Below the pieces are notes generated by a model. The model saw only the letters and a program-made list of their open reading frames with translations. It was not told where the DNA came from and ran no database searches. From Prochlorococcus sp. AH-716-K03 (GTDB lineage: Bacteria > Cyanobacteriota > Cyanobacteriia > PCC-6307 > Cyanobiaceae): DNA of 64,000 bases. Below, in pieces: positions 46,159 to 56,276 of this stretch. The position numbers and the translations under genes are program-made. Every line of letters begins with the position of its first letter. Within the stretch, counting starts at the first letter, position 1. Location of the stretch: contig JAOOLH010000001.1 in assembly GCA_028408675.1 (NCBI GenBank), positions 57,975-121,974 on the forward strand, read 5' to 3'.

Positions 46159-47277
46159 TTGAAAAAAGGATTTTCTTTACCTTTATGGGTAACTGGAGCT
46201 GCTAAGTCAGCAATAAAAAAATTAATAGGATTGCCTTTTCAAGATTATGAATTAATTAAAATTCCTAAGGATAAAAATCTAATAAAAATCAAGGTACATT
46301 CTTCTGGACTAATTAATGGCGAATCTCATGCCTTAGGAATTTCTTTTGTAGATTCTGGATTAGATCTTGACATAACACAAAATTTAGAAATATGGACAAT
46401 TGTTTCTTTCGAAAAAACTACCAAGCCAAATAGTAAGAAATTGGATCGAATCAATATTATTCCTGGTTATGGTGTTGGGATTGATCAACAGACCTCTAAG
46501 ATCTGTATTTCTAATTTTGCTAAAGAATTATTTGTTGAAAATTTATTAGATATCATTCCGCAAGGATACAAACTGAATTTAGAGATTATATTCCCAAATG
46601 GCAAATTTCTGGCCGAAAGAACTAGTAATAAATCATTTGGGATTGTTGAAGGGTTATCTATTATAGGTACTAGTGCTGAAACTTTTTCAAGTGCTTCACC
46701 CGATCAACTAGAAAATGCAAAAGCTCAGCTAAAACAAATTATTGCTAAAGAGTTTTGCGACACAATTATTTTTGTTATTGGTGAAAATGGCTTACATTTA
46801 GCAAAAAGTTCCAAAATAAAATTTCCTATTATTAAAGTAGGTAATTGGATAGGACCATTATTAGTTGATGCTGCAATACAAAAGATTAAAAAAGTAATTC
46901 TTTTTGGTTATCATGGCAAACTAATTAAATTAGCTGGAGGAATTTTTCATACTCATAATCATTTAGCTGATGCGAGAATTGAAATTCTTGTTTATTTAGC
47001 AGTAAAAGAAGAAGTTCCGCTAGAAATAATTAAAAAATTATCGTACTTAAATACAGTTGAAGATGCTTTTTTACTTCTTGAAAGTTTTAATCTTTCGATG
47101 GCTGACAAACTATGGAATAAATTAGCAGATAATGTTGAAAAGCGTTCTATAGAATATGTTAAAAGATATATAAAAACAGATATGAAAATTGGAGCAATTA
47201 TCTTTGATAGAAAGAGAAAAATCCGTTGGGCGGGTAAAAATAGTAAAGACTATATTTCTGCTTTTAAAGATTTTTAA
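46159..47277 (+). CDS. cbiD: Cobalt-precorrin-5B C1-methyltransferase
   Basis: LAERTSN..FGIVEGLSIIGT; GKLIKLAGGIFHTH. Confidence 0.92.
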   Translation: MKKGFSLPLWVTGAAKSAIKKLIGLPFQDYELIKIPKDKNLIKIKVHSSGLINGESHALGISFVDSGLDLDITQNLEIWTIVSFEKTTKPNSKKLDRINIIPGYGVGIDQQTSKICISNFAKELFVENLLDIIPQGYKLNLEIIFPNGKFLAERTSNKSFGIVEGLSIIGTSAETFSSASPDQLENAKAQLKQIIAKEFCDTIIFVIGENGLHLAKSSKIKFPIIKVGNWIGPLLVDAAIQKIKKVILFGYHGKLIKLAGGIFHTHNHLADARIEILVYLAVKEEVPLEIIKKLSYLNTVEDAFLLLESFNLSMADKLWNKLADNVEKRSIEYVKRYIKTDMKIGAIIFDRKRKIRWAGKNSKDYISAFKDF

Positions 47278-47325
47278 TTTTAAGTGAGTTATGTTTTTGT
47301 AAATAAATTGAGGTAACTTTTATAC

Positions 47326-48912
47326 ATGAGTAAAAAATTACTAAAAAAAGAGAGAAATCCCTCAATATTAATACTAGATTTTGGATCTCAATATTCTGAA
47401 TTAATTGCAAGGAGAATAAGAGAAGCAGATGTATATTCTTTGGTAGTAAGTAACTTTACTTCTATCAAGGATATTCAGGATATAAATCCAAAAGGGATTA
47501 TTTTAAGTGGTGGCCCAAATTCTGTTTATGAAGATAATGCACCGAAATGTGATTCAAAGATTTTTGATTTAGGGATTCCAGTCTTGGGGATATGTTATGG
47601 AATGCAATTAATGGTTAAAGAATTAGGAGGTGAAGTAACTCCAGCAATTAAAAAAGCTGAATATGGTAGAGCACCAATTAATATTGATTGCGAAAGTGAT
47701 TTGCTATCTAATGTCCTAGACAAATCGATTATGTGGATGAGTCATGGCGATTCTATAAAAAAATTGCCTGAAGGATTTGTTCAAATTTCTCATACAGAAA
47801 ATACATTGCATGCTGCAATATCAAACAAAGAAAAGAGATTATTTGGTGTTCAATTTCATCCTGAAGTTATTCATTCAGTATTTGGAATGACGGTAATTAA
47901 AAACTTCGTTTATTCAATTTCTAATTGTAAGGCTGATTGGACTACTGAAACTTTTTTAGAGGAAACAATCCCAAGAATTAAGCAACAAGTAGGTGATAAG
48001 AAAGTTTTACTTGCTCTTTCTGGGGGAGTAGATTCATCAACCCTCGCTTTTCTTCTCAATAGAGCTATTGGTAAACAGCTTACATGTATGTTTATAGATC
48101 AAGGTTTTATGCGAAAAGGTGAACCTGAATTTTTAATGGAATTTTTTGATAAAAAATTCCACATAAAAGTTGAATATATAAATGCTAGGGAAAGGTTCAT
48201 TAATAAATTAAATGGGATAACTGATCCAGAAGAAAAACGTAAGATTATTGGTAGAGAATTTATTAGAGTTTTCGAAGAGGAGAGTAATAGATTAGGTCCT
48301 TTTCAATATTTGGCTCAAGGCACTTTATACCCAGATGTTATTGAGAGTGCTGGAACCAATTTGGACCCAAAGACAGGTGAACGAATCGCAGTAAAAATTA
48401 AAAGTCATCATAATGTTGGCGGTTTGCCAAAAGATTTGCAATTTAAATTAGTTGAACCATTAAGAAAACTTTTTAAAGATGAAGTAAGAAAGGTTGGAGG
48501 TGTTTTAGGACTCCCAGATGAAATTATTAAAAGACATCCATTTCCAGGTCCTGGCTTAGCGATAAGAATTTTGGGTGAAGTTTCTAATGAAAAACTAAAC
48601 TGTTTGAGAGATGCAGACTGGATAGTAAGAGATGAAATAAAAAAATCAGGTCTTTACAATGATATTTGGCAAGCATTTGCTGTTCTTCTACCCGTAAAGA
48701 CTGTCGGGGTAATGGGAGATAAAAGGACTTATGCTTGGCCTATAGTTTTACGATGCGTATCAAGCGAAGATGGTATGACAGCTGATTGGTCGAGAATTCC
48801 TTATGAAACCTTAGAGAGAATTTCTAATAGAATTGTTAATGAAGTAGAGCAGGTTAATAGAGTTGTATTCGATATTACTAGTAAGCCTCCAGGAACAATT
48901 GAGTGGGAATAG
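47326..48912 (+). CDS. guaA: GMP synthase; its 3' end is the integration target
   Basis: LDFGSQY, GICYGMQ, SGGVDS, SHHNVGG, ends KPPGTIEWE*. Confidence 0.98.
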   Translation: MSKKLLKKERNPSILILDFGSQYSELIARRIREADVYSLVVSNFTSIKDIQDINPKGIILSGGPNSVYEDNAPKCDSKIFDLGIPVLGICYGMQLMVKELGGEVTPAIKKAEYGRAPINIDCESDLLSNVLDKSIMWMSHGDSIKKLPEGFVQISHTENTLHAAISNKEKRLFGVQFHPEVIHSVFGMTVIKNFVYSISNCKADWTTETFLEETIPRIKQQVGDKKVLLALSGGVDSSTLAFLLNRAIGKQLTCMFIDQGFMRKGEPEFLMEFFDKKFHIKVEYINARERFINKLNGITDPEEKRKIIGREFIRVFEEESNRLGPFQYLAQGTLYPDVIESAGTNLDPKTGERIAVKIKSHHNVGGLPKDLQFKLVEPLRKLFKDEVRKVGGVLGLPDEIIKRHPFPGPGLAIRILGEVSNEKLNCLRDADWIVRDEIKKSGLYNDIWQAFAVLLPVKTVGVMGDKRTYAWPIVLRCVSSEDGMTADWSRIPYETLERISNRIVNEVEQVNRVVFDITSKPPGTIEWE

Positions 48913-48950
48913 TCAATAGGGTCAAAGTGTAGATATAGACACAAAAAACA

Positions 48951-49032
48951 GGTTTCCCGTGAGTTTCCCGTAGAAATCTGATAACCTAATTGCAATGGAT
49001 TTGAGCATGGCGGTTTCCCGTGAGTTTCCCGT
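48951..49032 (+). repeat. Arm-type direct repeat pairs GGTTTCCCGTGAGTTTCCCGT x2 (attL of module 1)
   Basis: Exact 21-mer at 48951-48971 and 49012-49032; a matching pair at 57130-57150. Confidence 0.88.
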
Positions 49033-49121
49033 GGAGTGAAAATCCCGTCTCTATAGAGAAGTCATAGAAGAGCATCCGTCTCTACACTTTCTCCTTTTAT
49101 ATGATGTTAATTTTTTGATTC

Positions 49122-50486
49122 ATGGGTACAAAAGGCAACAACCAAAAATCTTATGGGTGTTATGAGGAGTTGCCATCGCTCCGTGTTTCTCCTGATGCAG
49201 AAATACCATACATCTATAAAAGGTTAGATACTGATTTATCAAAACCTGTTGAAGATAGAAGTTACTACATTAGGATTCCTATTCCACAGCAAGGAGGAGT
49301 TAGGAAATCCCTTAAAGTTGCAGATAGAAATACCGCCATACGAAAAGCAGAGGAATTAGTACTCGATATAAAAGTAACCATGAAAGTTGGTGGTACTGTT
49401 AAAAGGTTTCCTGTGCAAGAACTTGCTGATAGATTCTGCAAATATAAAAAGTCTTTGGTTCGAGGTAGTTGGGAAAGTAAAGATCAGCGTGGCAAAAGAT
49501 CTATTACTAAGCAAAGGTACGAATTAATAGAGGGCAAAATTAGAAATTATGTTGTGAAATTCCTTGGCAAGAATACTGATGTAAAAGATGTGCCATTAAG
49601 GAAATGGACTCAATGGGAAACTTGGAGAAAACAGAATAATGCAAGAAAAGATACTGGTACTCCTACCGCTATAACCATTCAAAATGAAATGGGAATGATA
49701 AGAGAATTATGGAGATGGGGAATAGAAGAAGGGTATATTCCTTTTACTCCGAAGTTACCATTTCAAGGAATCAATCTTATTCCTGATGACAAACTTAGGA
49801 GAGATACTTGGGAAGCAAATGAGTGGAAATCTTTTGTAAGAAGAGTCAGAGACTGGTTGAATACAACAGCAAGTGGGGATCAAGATTTCGTATGGGATGC
49901 CTTTGTCTCTTATCAGATGCTTTTCTTCCTTGCTAATTCTGGAATGAGAATTGGCGAGTTAGTAAAAGTAAAAAATAAAGACATTCAGTTTCGTAAACCT
50001 CAAATAGAACATTCATTTAAAAAGTTAAGTGCTCTTGTTCAAGTACATCCATCCACAAAGACTGGGGCAAGAGAAGTCAACGCTATGGGTGGGGAGTTTG
50101 CTAAACGTGTTCAAGATCATTCCAAATTTAAAAGATTAGATGACTTTTTATTTTGTCATTTAGATGGGTCGCAATTTACCACAAAACAGTTCTATGACTG
50201 GTTTAAAAGGATGATTGATTTTACTGATGAAAATGCCAGGTGGGGCAAACAGTTTGTTCCTTATTCATTACGGCATTTCTATGCAACTACTCGACTTCAA
50301 AATGGAACTTCAACTGTCGCTCTATGCAACAACATGGGTGTAGGGGAACAGTACCTTAAAAAACACTACAGTCATTATCTAACTCGATTGGCAGATGCAG
50401 ATCTAATGAAAATGAATAATGAGATAGGAGTTGGAGCAAAAGTCATTCCTGATGGAGAGGATTTCTTTATCCCCGAAAACATGTAG
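49122..50486 (+). CDS. Tyrosine recombinase/integrase with a putative N-terminal arm-binding domain
   Basis: NSGMRIGEL (catalytic R), STKTG (K), YSLRHFYAT (HxxR box with Y), KHYSHY (nucleophile Y); N-terminal YYIRIP...VRKSLK. Confidence 0.93.
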   Translation: MGTKGNNQKSYGCYEELPSLRVSPDAEIPYIYKRLDTDLSKPVEDRSYYIRIPIPQQGGVRKSLKVADRNTAIRKAEELVLDIKVTMKVGGTVKRFPVQELADRFCKYKKSLVRGSWESKDQRGKRSITKQRYELIEGKIRNYVVKFLGKNTDVKDVPLRKWTQWETWRKQNNARKDTGTPTAITIQNEMGMIRELWRWGIEEGYIPFTPKLPFQGINLIPDDKLRRDTWEANEWKSFVRRVRDWLNTTASGDQDFVWDAFVSYQMLFFLANSGMRIGELVKVKNKDIQFRKPQIEHSFKKLSALVQVHPSTKTGAREVNAMGGEFAKRVQDHSKFKRLDDFLFCHLDGSQFTTKQFYDWFKRMIDFTDENARWGKQFVPYSLRHFYATTRLQNGTSTVALCNNMGVGEQYLKKHYSHYLTRLADADLMKMNNEIGVGAKVIPDGEDFFIPENM

Positions 50487-51106
50487 TATCACTTGATTCT
50501 TTTTGGAATATGGCGATATGTAAACAGAATAATGCAATATTTTGCTAACTCATTATTCTAATTACACGAGAGTCCCAACCAGACCGAGCGTGTTCTCACC
50601 ACTGTTCTCAACAGCAAGGGAGATGTAAATCTAGCGGGTGTTCTAAGTTAACTTATGGAAGACTTAGATAGTTAGAGGTCAACTTCGTTGATTACCGACT
50701 TTTCTTTCTTTGATTGAAGAGATGGATCTACCGCCATTCTCGAATGGCAAGTCTGCCCTGATGGGTGTGGTAAAGCACAACAGATGTAGAGACAGGACTT
50801 TTGGATTTGAACTGATTTTCAAATGGCGCTATTGAGAAGTATTCGTACTGTTGCCATCCCTTGAACAGTCAGTAAGAAGTGCGATCCTAATTGCTTTTAC
50901 GGAAGAAGAAGATCGTTCCCGTAATCCATTAACAAACTACTAACCGAGTTACTCTCGTAACTATTCTGGAAAAGCAAAGTTATATTCAACCTTTTTAGAC
51001 AAAAAAATACCTCCGAAATTTTTTAATATCGAAGGTTTGAGTTATTTCGTTCGAGTAGAGTTGCCGTTGTAGGTTAGCGTTAGGATCCCTATTTAAAACC
51101 GCTTTT

Positions 51107-51131
51107 TGTAGAGAAGAGTGGCATCTCTACA
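51107..51131. promoter_or_regulatory. Palindromic operator-like site TGTAGAGA-N9-TCTCTACA
   Basis: Perfect 8-bp inverted arms; recurs at 52889 and 56889. Confidence 0.6.
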
Positions 51132-51153
51132 CTTTTCAAAAAGGAAGGTCTGC

Positions 51154-51345
51154 TCATCTTAGTAATAGTTCTAATGATGATTCCACTTGTCTGATAGATA
51201 ACCAATCCTTGTCGATTCTCATTATATTATTGGTCTTTTTTCTTAAATGGAAGTACTTGCGTATAGCGTCATACATCTCATTCTCAGATGGTTTCATCAC
51301 AGATTGAATCTTCATCTCTAACTTATATTCTTTTAAATCATTCAT
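51154..51345 (-). CDS. Hypothetical protein (element)
   Basis: 63 aa, GGAG RBS upstream, last gene of the minus-strand cluster. Confidence 0.6.
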   Translation of the reverse strand: MNDLKEYKLEMKIQSVMKPSENEMYDAIRKYFHLRKKTNNIMRIDKDWLSIRQVESSLELLLR

Positions 51346-51363
51346 AGTAATTTAACTCCAGAT

Positions 51364-51639
51364 CTATTTTCTTAGCATTTGTTCTAATCGTTCTCTGTCA
51401 TCAAGATATTCTCCATCGCTTTCATGCGTACTAATGCAATTTTTGATTAAATCTACCAATAAGTCATTATCTAAAATGGCAAGTTTGACCCATTTCTGGT
51501 CATCATCATATTGAGCAATGGCATGTGTTTTTCTTACAGAGAGAATGAAGGTATTACATTCTTCATCTTCACAATTACAAGGGTCTATTTTAAAGATTTT
51601 CCTGTAATCCCATTGTTCGTAATCTGCAAGGTGGGTCAT
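51364..51639 (-). CDS. Hypothetical protein (element)
   Basis: 91 aa, CNCEDEEC cluster, ATGA-coupled to the upstream small ORF. Confidence 0.7.
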   Translation of the reverse strand: MTHLADYEQWDYRKIFKIDPCNCEDEECNTFILSVRKTHAIAQYDDDQKWVKLAILDNDLLVDLIKNCISTHESDGEYLDDRERLEQMLRK

Positions 51640-51773
51640 ATTTTTGTTTGTCTAAGTTTGGCATCTAGGTAATCGGTAACTGCCTTCGCTGATGGGTTAG
51701 TTTGTCTTTTAACTCTCTTCACTTCCTCTACTAGCAGTGCGTATGAAAGATCTGATATTTGAATATTCTTCAT
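51636..51773 (-). CDS. 45-aa RHH/antitoxin-like DNA-binding protein (not in ORF track)
   Basis: Manual translation MKNIQISDLSYALLVEEVKRVKRQTNPSAKAVTDYLDAKLRQTKI*; ATGA overlaps at both ends. Confidence 0.6.
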   Translation of the reverse strand: MKNIQISDLSYALLVEEVKRVKRQTNPSAKAVTDYLDAKLRQTKI

Positions 51774-51937
51774 TTTTTAGCAAATTCAAGTACTTTGTCT
51801 GGATAAGTGTTTCTGTATAGTTGTCTGAAAAAAGCGGATCTGGTTAATCCTTCTTCTTCTGCTGATTCATCTATAGCGTCAATCAAAAATTCTTCATTGG
51901 GTGGGAAACATAGTGATAACTGGGTTGATGCTGGCAT
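51770..51937 (-). CDS. 55-aa CopG-like ribbon-helix-helix protein (not in ORF track)
   Basis: Manual translation MPASTQLSLCFPPNEEFLIDAIDESAEEEGLTRSAFFRQLYRNTYPDKVLEFAKK*: strand-helix-G-L-T-R-S-helix pattern. Confidence 0.72.
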   Translation of the reverse strand: MPASTQLSLCFPPNEEFLIDAIDESAEEEGLTRSAFFRQLYRNTYPDKVLEFAKK

Positions 51938-51981
51938 TGTTCTTATGGATAAGTTGGATAATTCGTTGATCTGTATATGTA

Positions 51982-52665
51982 TTATTTATATGAAATTAGT
52001 GGTTTTTTAATGGGACAGTAAGTTAGGTCACTTGCTTCAAAGTCGATATGCTCCCATCTATCAAACTCGAATGATGATAATGATTTATTGGAATAGTGGA
52101 TTCTCTTTTTAACATCTTTTTTGTCTTTGATATCAATGGATTGTTTGCCATCGCCAATTCTCCATACATGTTCTTTTAAATGATTGATTAAAGATTCCTC
52201 TAATAGGTCATCAACTGAATATTGACCTTGAAGCATAGCGTTGATTGATGATTTTTTGATAGTTATCTTTCTGTTTCGACTAGTCAACCAATGGCATGGG
52301 TCAATACCTTCCATCAGGATGTGAGTATGTAAGTCTCCTCCTTGAACTAGTTCTAGATGTGGGTTTTTGCCTTGTCTAAAGAACATTTCTGATCTTTCGC
52401 TGAATATCCACATCCTTATTCGGTTATGAGGTTTTCTATTTTTGTAGAAAAAGTCTAGTATCACTCTTTTTAGATGGCGGTTGTCGAAGTATTGGTCAAT
52501 AATGTCTTTTCTAGGTTTGTAGTATGAGATGTTTATCCAATATTTGAACTTGAAGTTCTCTTGTTCACTCATGGTTTTCAACCATCTTTCGGTGCTCCAC
52601 CTTTTAGATCTTTTTAAATCTGGACATACGATCCCCATAGGGGCAGTTGTTATTTGAACAGTCAT
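51982..52665 (-). CDS. Putative HUH endonuclease (rolling-circle Rep/relaxase-like)
   Basis: Ordered motifs YWINISY (I-like), DLHTHILM (HUH), IHYSNK (YxxK). Confidence 0.65.
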   Translation of the reverse strand: MTVQITTAPMGIVCPDLKRSKRWSTERWLKTMSEQENFKFKYWINISYYKPRKDIIDQYFDNRHLKRVILDFFYKNRKPHNRIRMWIFSERSEMFFRQGKNPHLELVQGGDLHTHILMEGIDPCHWLTSRNRKITIKKSSINAMLQGQYSVDDLLEESLINHLKEHVWRIGDGKQSIDIKDKKDVKKRIHYSNKSLSSFEFDRWEHIDFEASDLTYCPIKKPLISYK

Positions 52666-52888
52666 AATCAGTATTCTTAGTAGTATTTGACGAATGCTTC
52701 CGTTTCGTATGATTTATATATGCTCCTTATATGCTAAAACCTCTCTAATGTTACGATTCTGACATAAAACCAGTCATAGCGGGCAATCTGCCAGTCTTAC
52801 ATTGCGGTCTAAGATAGCGATTCTTCATACTAATTACTTAAAGAGATACAAAACACAAGTATGTTTTTAATGCCATTTTTAATGTTTT

Positions 52889-52912
52889 TGTAGAGATACC
52901 GTTTTCTCTACA
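52889..52912. promoter_or_regulatory. Palindromic operator-like site TGTAGAGA-N8-TCTCTACA
   Basis: Perfect 8-bp inverted arms in the intergenic gap upstream of the HUH gene. Confidence 0.6.
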
Positions 52913-52924
52913 ATTTCTGGTTTT

Positions 52925-53893
52925 TTATAGTAAATATCCGCTATTCATCAGAATTTGATTGTTCCAAATTGCTAGATTCCTCCCTCTAGGGTCGCCAAGT
53001 ACTTGTTCAATTCTTTTTCGATAGTTATATCGCTGTGCATGATCTTCTGTTACCTCACTCAGCATGTTTAATTTGGCGACATAAGATCTGCCATGCTCTT
53101 TCCAGAATGTTTCTTTACTGCCACAGACTTTAATGATGAATCCTGTGAATGTTCTTATTGGCGATTCATGTAATTCCTGTAAATTCTTGATATTAAACTG
53201 TTTTTTGATTGACTCATCTGCTCCTTTAAACCACTTCTGGTCTAATTCCTTTTCAAGAATGAGACGCCAAAACACTCCTTTCTCACTACGTTCTTGTTTT
53301 CTTAGTGTTTCGACTCCTTTAGCATTGGCATCTTGTATGTTTACTCCATATTTTGTGCATATTTTCCTTAATTCGTCTTTTAGATCTAGCAATAACTCCT
53401 CACTTAGAACTTGGTCTTGCTGTCTGACAATTTTAAATAGATTTTCTTGTTTATAACCCCACTTACCTTTCTCTCCATCAAGGGCAAATTTGGCAGGGTA
53501 CTTTACTCTTGCAACATAGTCCTTTGCTGATCTTATTGATAGAGATGGCGTTATATCCCCTCTCTTTACCCCTGTAACGACTTCTTCTGGTTTTAGGGAG
53601 AAAAGGACATGAATAGTACTATAGGACTCTGGCAACCGCTTTATGACGTCTCTACGGTCACTCTTTGTGAGTTTAGATAATCCTTTGCCAATTACTTTTA
53701 ATTTTGAGAATATCTTTGGCGATATTTTGCTCTTTTCTCTGTAGAGATTGTATGTTGATGTGTCTAGTTCTTCTGAGGCATCGAATATCGAGATACATGC
53801 TGTGCATATCTGACTAGTATTGCCTTTGTCATAAGGATTAGATCCAAGGATTCTTAAGTAATCACTTGTGTTCTTGGCGAACATGAAGGGCAA
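52925..53893 (-). CDS. Hypothetical protein (element), possibly DUF3102-like N-terminal half
   Basis: 322-aa ORF; LPESYSTIHVL...GDITPSLS resembles a segment seen in phage/MGE proteins (recollection only). Confidence 0.7.
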   Translation of the reverse strand: MPFMFAKNTSDYLRILGSNPYDKGNTSQICTACISIFDASEELDTSTYNLYREKSKISPKIFSKLKVIGKGLSKLTKSDRRDVIKRLPESYSTIHVLFSLKPEEVVTGVKRGDITPSLSIRSAKDYVARVKYPAKFALDGEKGKWGYKQENLFKIVRQQDQVLSEELLLDLKDELRKICTKYGVNIQDANAKGVETLRKQERSEKGVFWRLILEKELDQKWFKGADESIKKQFNIKNLQELHESPIRTFTGFIIKVCGSKETFWKEHGRSYVAKLNMLSEVTEDHAQRYNYRKRIEQVLGDPRGRNLAIWNNQILMNSGYLL

Positions 53894-54251
53894 TAGCGTA
53901 GTTGCTCATACTATACACTTTATTTGGTAAATGTGTAGAGATTTCGTAGAGCAAAGGGCAAGCAAAGTAGTGCCTACTATGACCAGACAGCGTAGAGAAG
54001 TCGCAATATGATTAAGAGGTAAACATTACATTCCTTAGTATGACAAACGAACAGGGTCGTAATACTATCGTTGATTTCTCTACGGAGTTATTACCAAGAC
54101 CCATCTGGAAACCCAGACTTTTTACCTCACAACCTGTTAGAAGAACCCTCTCGTTCGGTTCTCTACCAGCGTTACCAAATAGACAGTCCTCGACTCTTTA
54201 TTTCGCACGTCGCAAACGTGCAAGGAAATCCTTTACTTGGAGATATTAATC

Positions 54252-54458
54252 ATGAAAGACACCATATTGAAGTTGTGCGATACCTACGAAGCGTTACTAG
54301 AACTTGAGTTTCAAATTAATGAGATGAAGAAGTCTCAGAGAAGATATCCACATAAAGAACTTGGTTACGCAATTACAAGTTGCAAACACGAAAGGAGTGA
54401 TCTTCACGGTCAACTCGATTCACTTAAGTCCAACTTAGATGATCTCTACTTGTTTTAA
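54252..54458 (+). CDS. Hypothetical coiled-coil protein (element)
   Basis: GGAG RBS upstream of the ATG at 54252; MKDTILKLCDTYEALLELEFQ. Confidence 0.6.
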   Translation: MKDTILKLCDTYEALLELEFQINEMKKSQRRYPHKELGYAITSCKHERSDLHGQLDSLKSNLDDLYLF

Positions 54459-54490
54459 GTAGAGACATCTTTTTATTCTTTGCCATACCT

Positions 54491-55216
54491 ATGAAGACTA
54501 ATCAATTCGGTCATTCTCCTGACCCTTGCTATGGAGGTAGGGAGACTAAACATATTAAAACCAGAGATATGACTCCTTTTCAAAAGGAGGTATATCGTCA
54601 GGGAAGATTGCTTCAGGACTGGATACTAGGAAAGGTTGGGGAGAACCTCCGATCTTTCTTTGGCGTTACCTCACGCAAGTCTATACCTCAAAAACTGTAT
54701 AACTTCTTCTTTAAAAAGGAGGAAGTTCATAGAAAGTTCCTTGCCTTCGACGTATTACCAGATACGGGAGAGGAGATGTTAGATCGATATGTAATAGCGG
54801 AGGTATTGATGCAGACTCTCGATCAATTATTCACAAAACCATTGCGTACTGAATACAAACTTGATCTTCGCTTTAGGACTGAGTTCAATTCCTGTTCATA
54901 CTATTATTTTGGTCAAGATTGTTCCCACTTAGAAAGAGATCCTAATAACAAGCATATGTATCTGACTCCTTTGCACATGCGTCATCCTGACTTTTTAAGT
55001 TATGGCGGTGGTATGAAACAGGAGGATATTGAACTTATGAGATTGGCGTGGATGATGGAATACGATTACCTCGAATATGTTGTGACTGGTAAGTACCCTA
55101 AAGGTCAAGATCGCAAGTCAACACTTGGATATAACGTTGGTATGACCGCAGGGGGCGGTGGTAGTTGTGGTGCATATTTACCCGACTTTGATGAAAAGAA
55201 ACTCTATGAAAAGTAA
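54491..55216 (+). CDS. Hypothetical protein (element)
   Basis: 241-aa uninterrupted ORF, no family recognised. Confidence 0.7.
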   Translation: MKTNQFGHSPDPCYGGRETKHIKTRDMTPFQKEVYRQGRLLQDWILGKVGENLRSFFGVTSRKSIPQKLYNFFFKKEEVHRKFLAFDVLPDTGEEMLDRYVIAEVLMQTLDQLFTKPLRTEYKLDLRFRTEFNSCSYYYFGQDCSHLERDPNNKHMYLTPLHMRHPDFLSYGGGMKQEDIELMRLAWMMEYDYLEYVVTGKYPKGQDRKSTLGYNVGMTAGGGGSCGAYLPDFDEKKLYEK

Positions 55217-55541
55217 ACATACAAAAGTTATCGAAGCATTAGAAGGATTAGTGCAAGATCTACACCTGATGGAAAATAGGATGAGGCATTACTCCATCGC
55301 TAAAGAGGATTATTTGATATTGGATGATATGAAAAAATCCATTGAAAACAAGAAAAAAGAGATTGACGAATTTATTAGAGAGTATGGCGTCTCTACAAAA
55401 ACGTATAAGTCAATTCAAGGGATGATGAAGTATCAGATATATGCTCCAGTTGTAAGACCTCGATTGAAGAAAAGAAGGAAAACAATGTGGGATGAATACT
55501 TGATGGGAGTAGGTTATCTCGCAGACCGTGAGTGGTATTAG
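55206..55541 (+). CDS. Hypothetical protein (element)
   Basis: ATG at 55206 overlapping the previous gene end; coiled-coil-like; followed by a terminator. Confidence 0.6.
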   Translation: MKSKHTKVIEALEGLVQDLHLMENRMRHYSIAKEDYLILDDMKKSIENKKKEIDEFIREYGVSTKTYKSIQGMMKYQIYAPVVRPRLKKRRKTMWDEYLMGVGYLADREWY

Positions 55542-55570
55542 TATTCAACAATATCAATAACTTTCTTATT

Positions 55571-55598
55571 GGCATCGAGTAATCGGTGTCTCTTTTTT
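55571..55598 (+). terminator. Intrinsic terminator
   Basis: ggcatcga-gtaa-tcggtgtc hairpin (G-U pairs) followed by a T-rich run. Confidence 0.6.
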
Positions 55599-55701
55599 AT
55601 GCGTTCTGCTCTTGCTGTTGCCATTCTGTATGCAGTTGGTTCATGGTGCGTTGAACTGTAATGAACCCATACCCCTTGGTGGTTTTGCCATTGTATATAA
55701 A

Positions 55702-56049
55702 TCATTCTTCGTATGACGCTGTTTCATCCAACATATATTTGGTCATGAAGTTAAGAGTATTCATGCACTTATCTGCATATTTGATGAGATTAGACATTAC
55801 TAATCCTTCTCCTTTAGCAAGGGCAATCTTCTCTGAGAAATAACTACAGTAATCCATATTTTTATCCCAACTTGGGTCAATGCCATACTTGATTTCTCTT
55901 GTCTCTTTTACTTGTTTCCAGAAACTTTCTACATCAATTTTTGTTGTTATATTCTTATCCCATTGTTCAGCATTGGCACTTATTAAAAATGCTCCTGAGA
56001 GAGATAGTACAGTTAATAATTTGATTGATTTTTTCATAATTAATACCAA
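55702..56049 (-). CDS. Hypothetical exported protein
   Basis: MKKSIKLLTVLSLSGAFLISANA signal peptide. Confidence 0.65.
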   Translation of the reverse strand: MVLIMKKSIKLLTVLSLSGAFLISANAEQWDKNITTKIDVESFWKQVKETREIKYGIDPSWDKNMDYCSYFSEKIALAKGEGLVMSNLIKYADKCMNTLNFMTKYMLDETASYEE

Positions 56050-56276
56050 GATTTGAAGTGATCGAGGAAGTTGAAATCTTCAGCATCGCCAACCTCGAAT
56101 GGATAGGACTCATTTAGATATTCTCCCCATTCTTCTCTTATTGATCTTCTTGCATCTGGACTTATTTCATTCCATCTATGCTTTAGATCTTCCTTTGCAT
56201 GATGCAATGAAAGATTCAATCTGGCACTCTCTGTGTGAGTTATTTTGTGTGGCGGTCTATCTCTTTCTAATGTCAT
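56040..56276 (-). CDS. Hypothetical protein (element)
   Basis: 78 aa, ATGA-coupled to the resolvase. Confidence 0.6.
   Translation of the reverse strand: MTLERDRPPHKITHTESARLNLSLHHAKEDLKHRWNEISPDARRSIREEWGEYLNESYPFEVGDAEDFNFLDHFKSWY

Noticed and set aside
50487-51150. Retron msr-msd or group II intron RNA
   Set aside because: No reverse transcriptase is present in the window.
51807-52010. Plus-strand 67-aa ORF
   Set aside because: Antisense to the better-supported RHH ORF at 51770-51937.
54040-54307. Overlapping ORFs 54040-54249 and 54071-54307
   Set aside because: Two overlapping frames with no motif or clear RBS; more likely a regulatory leader, though not excluded.
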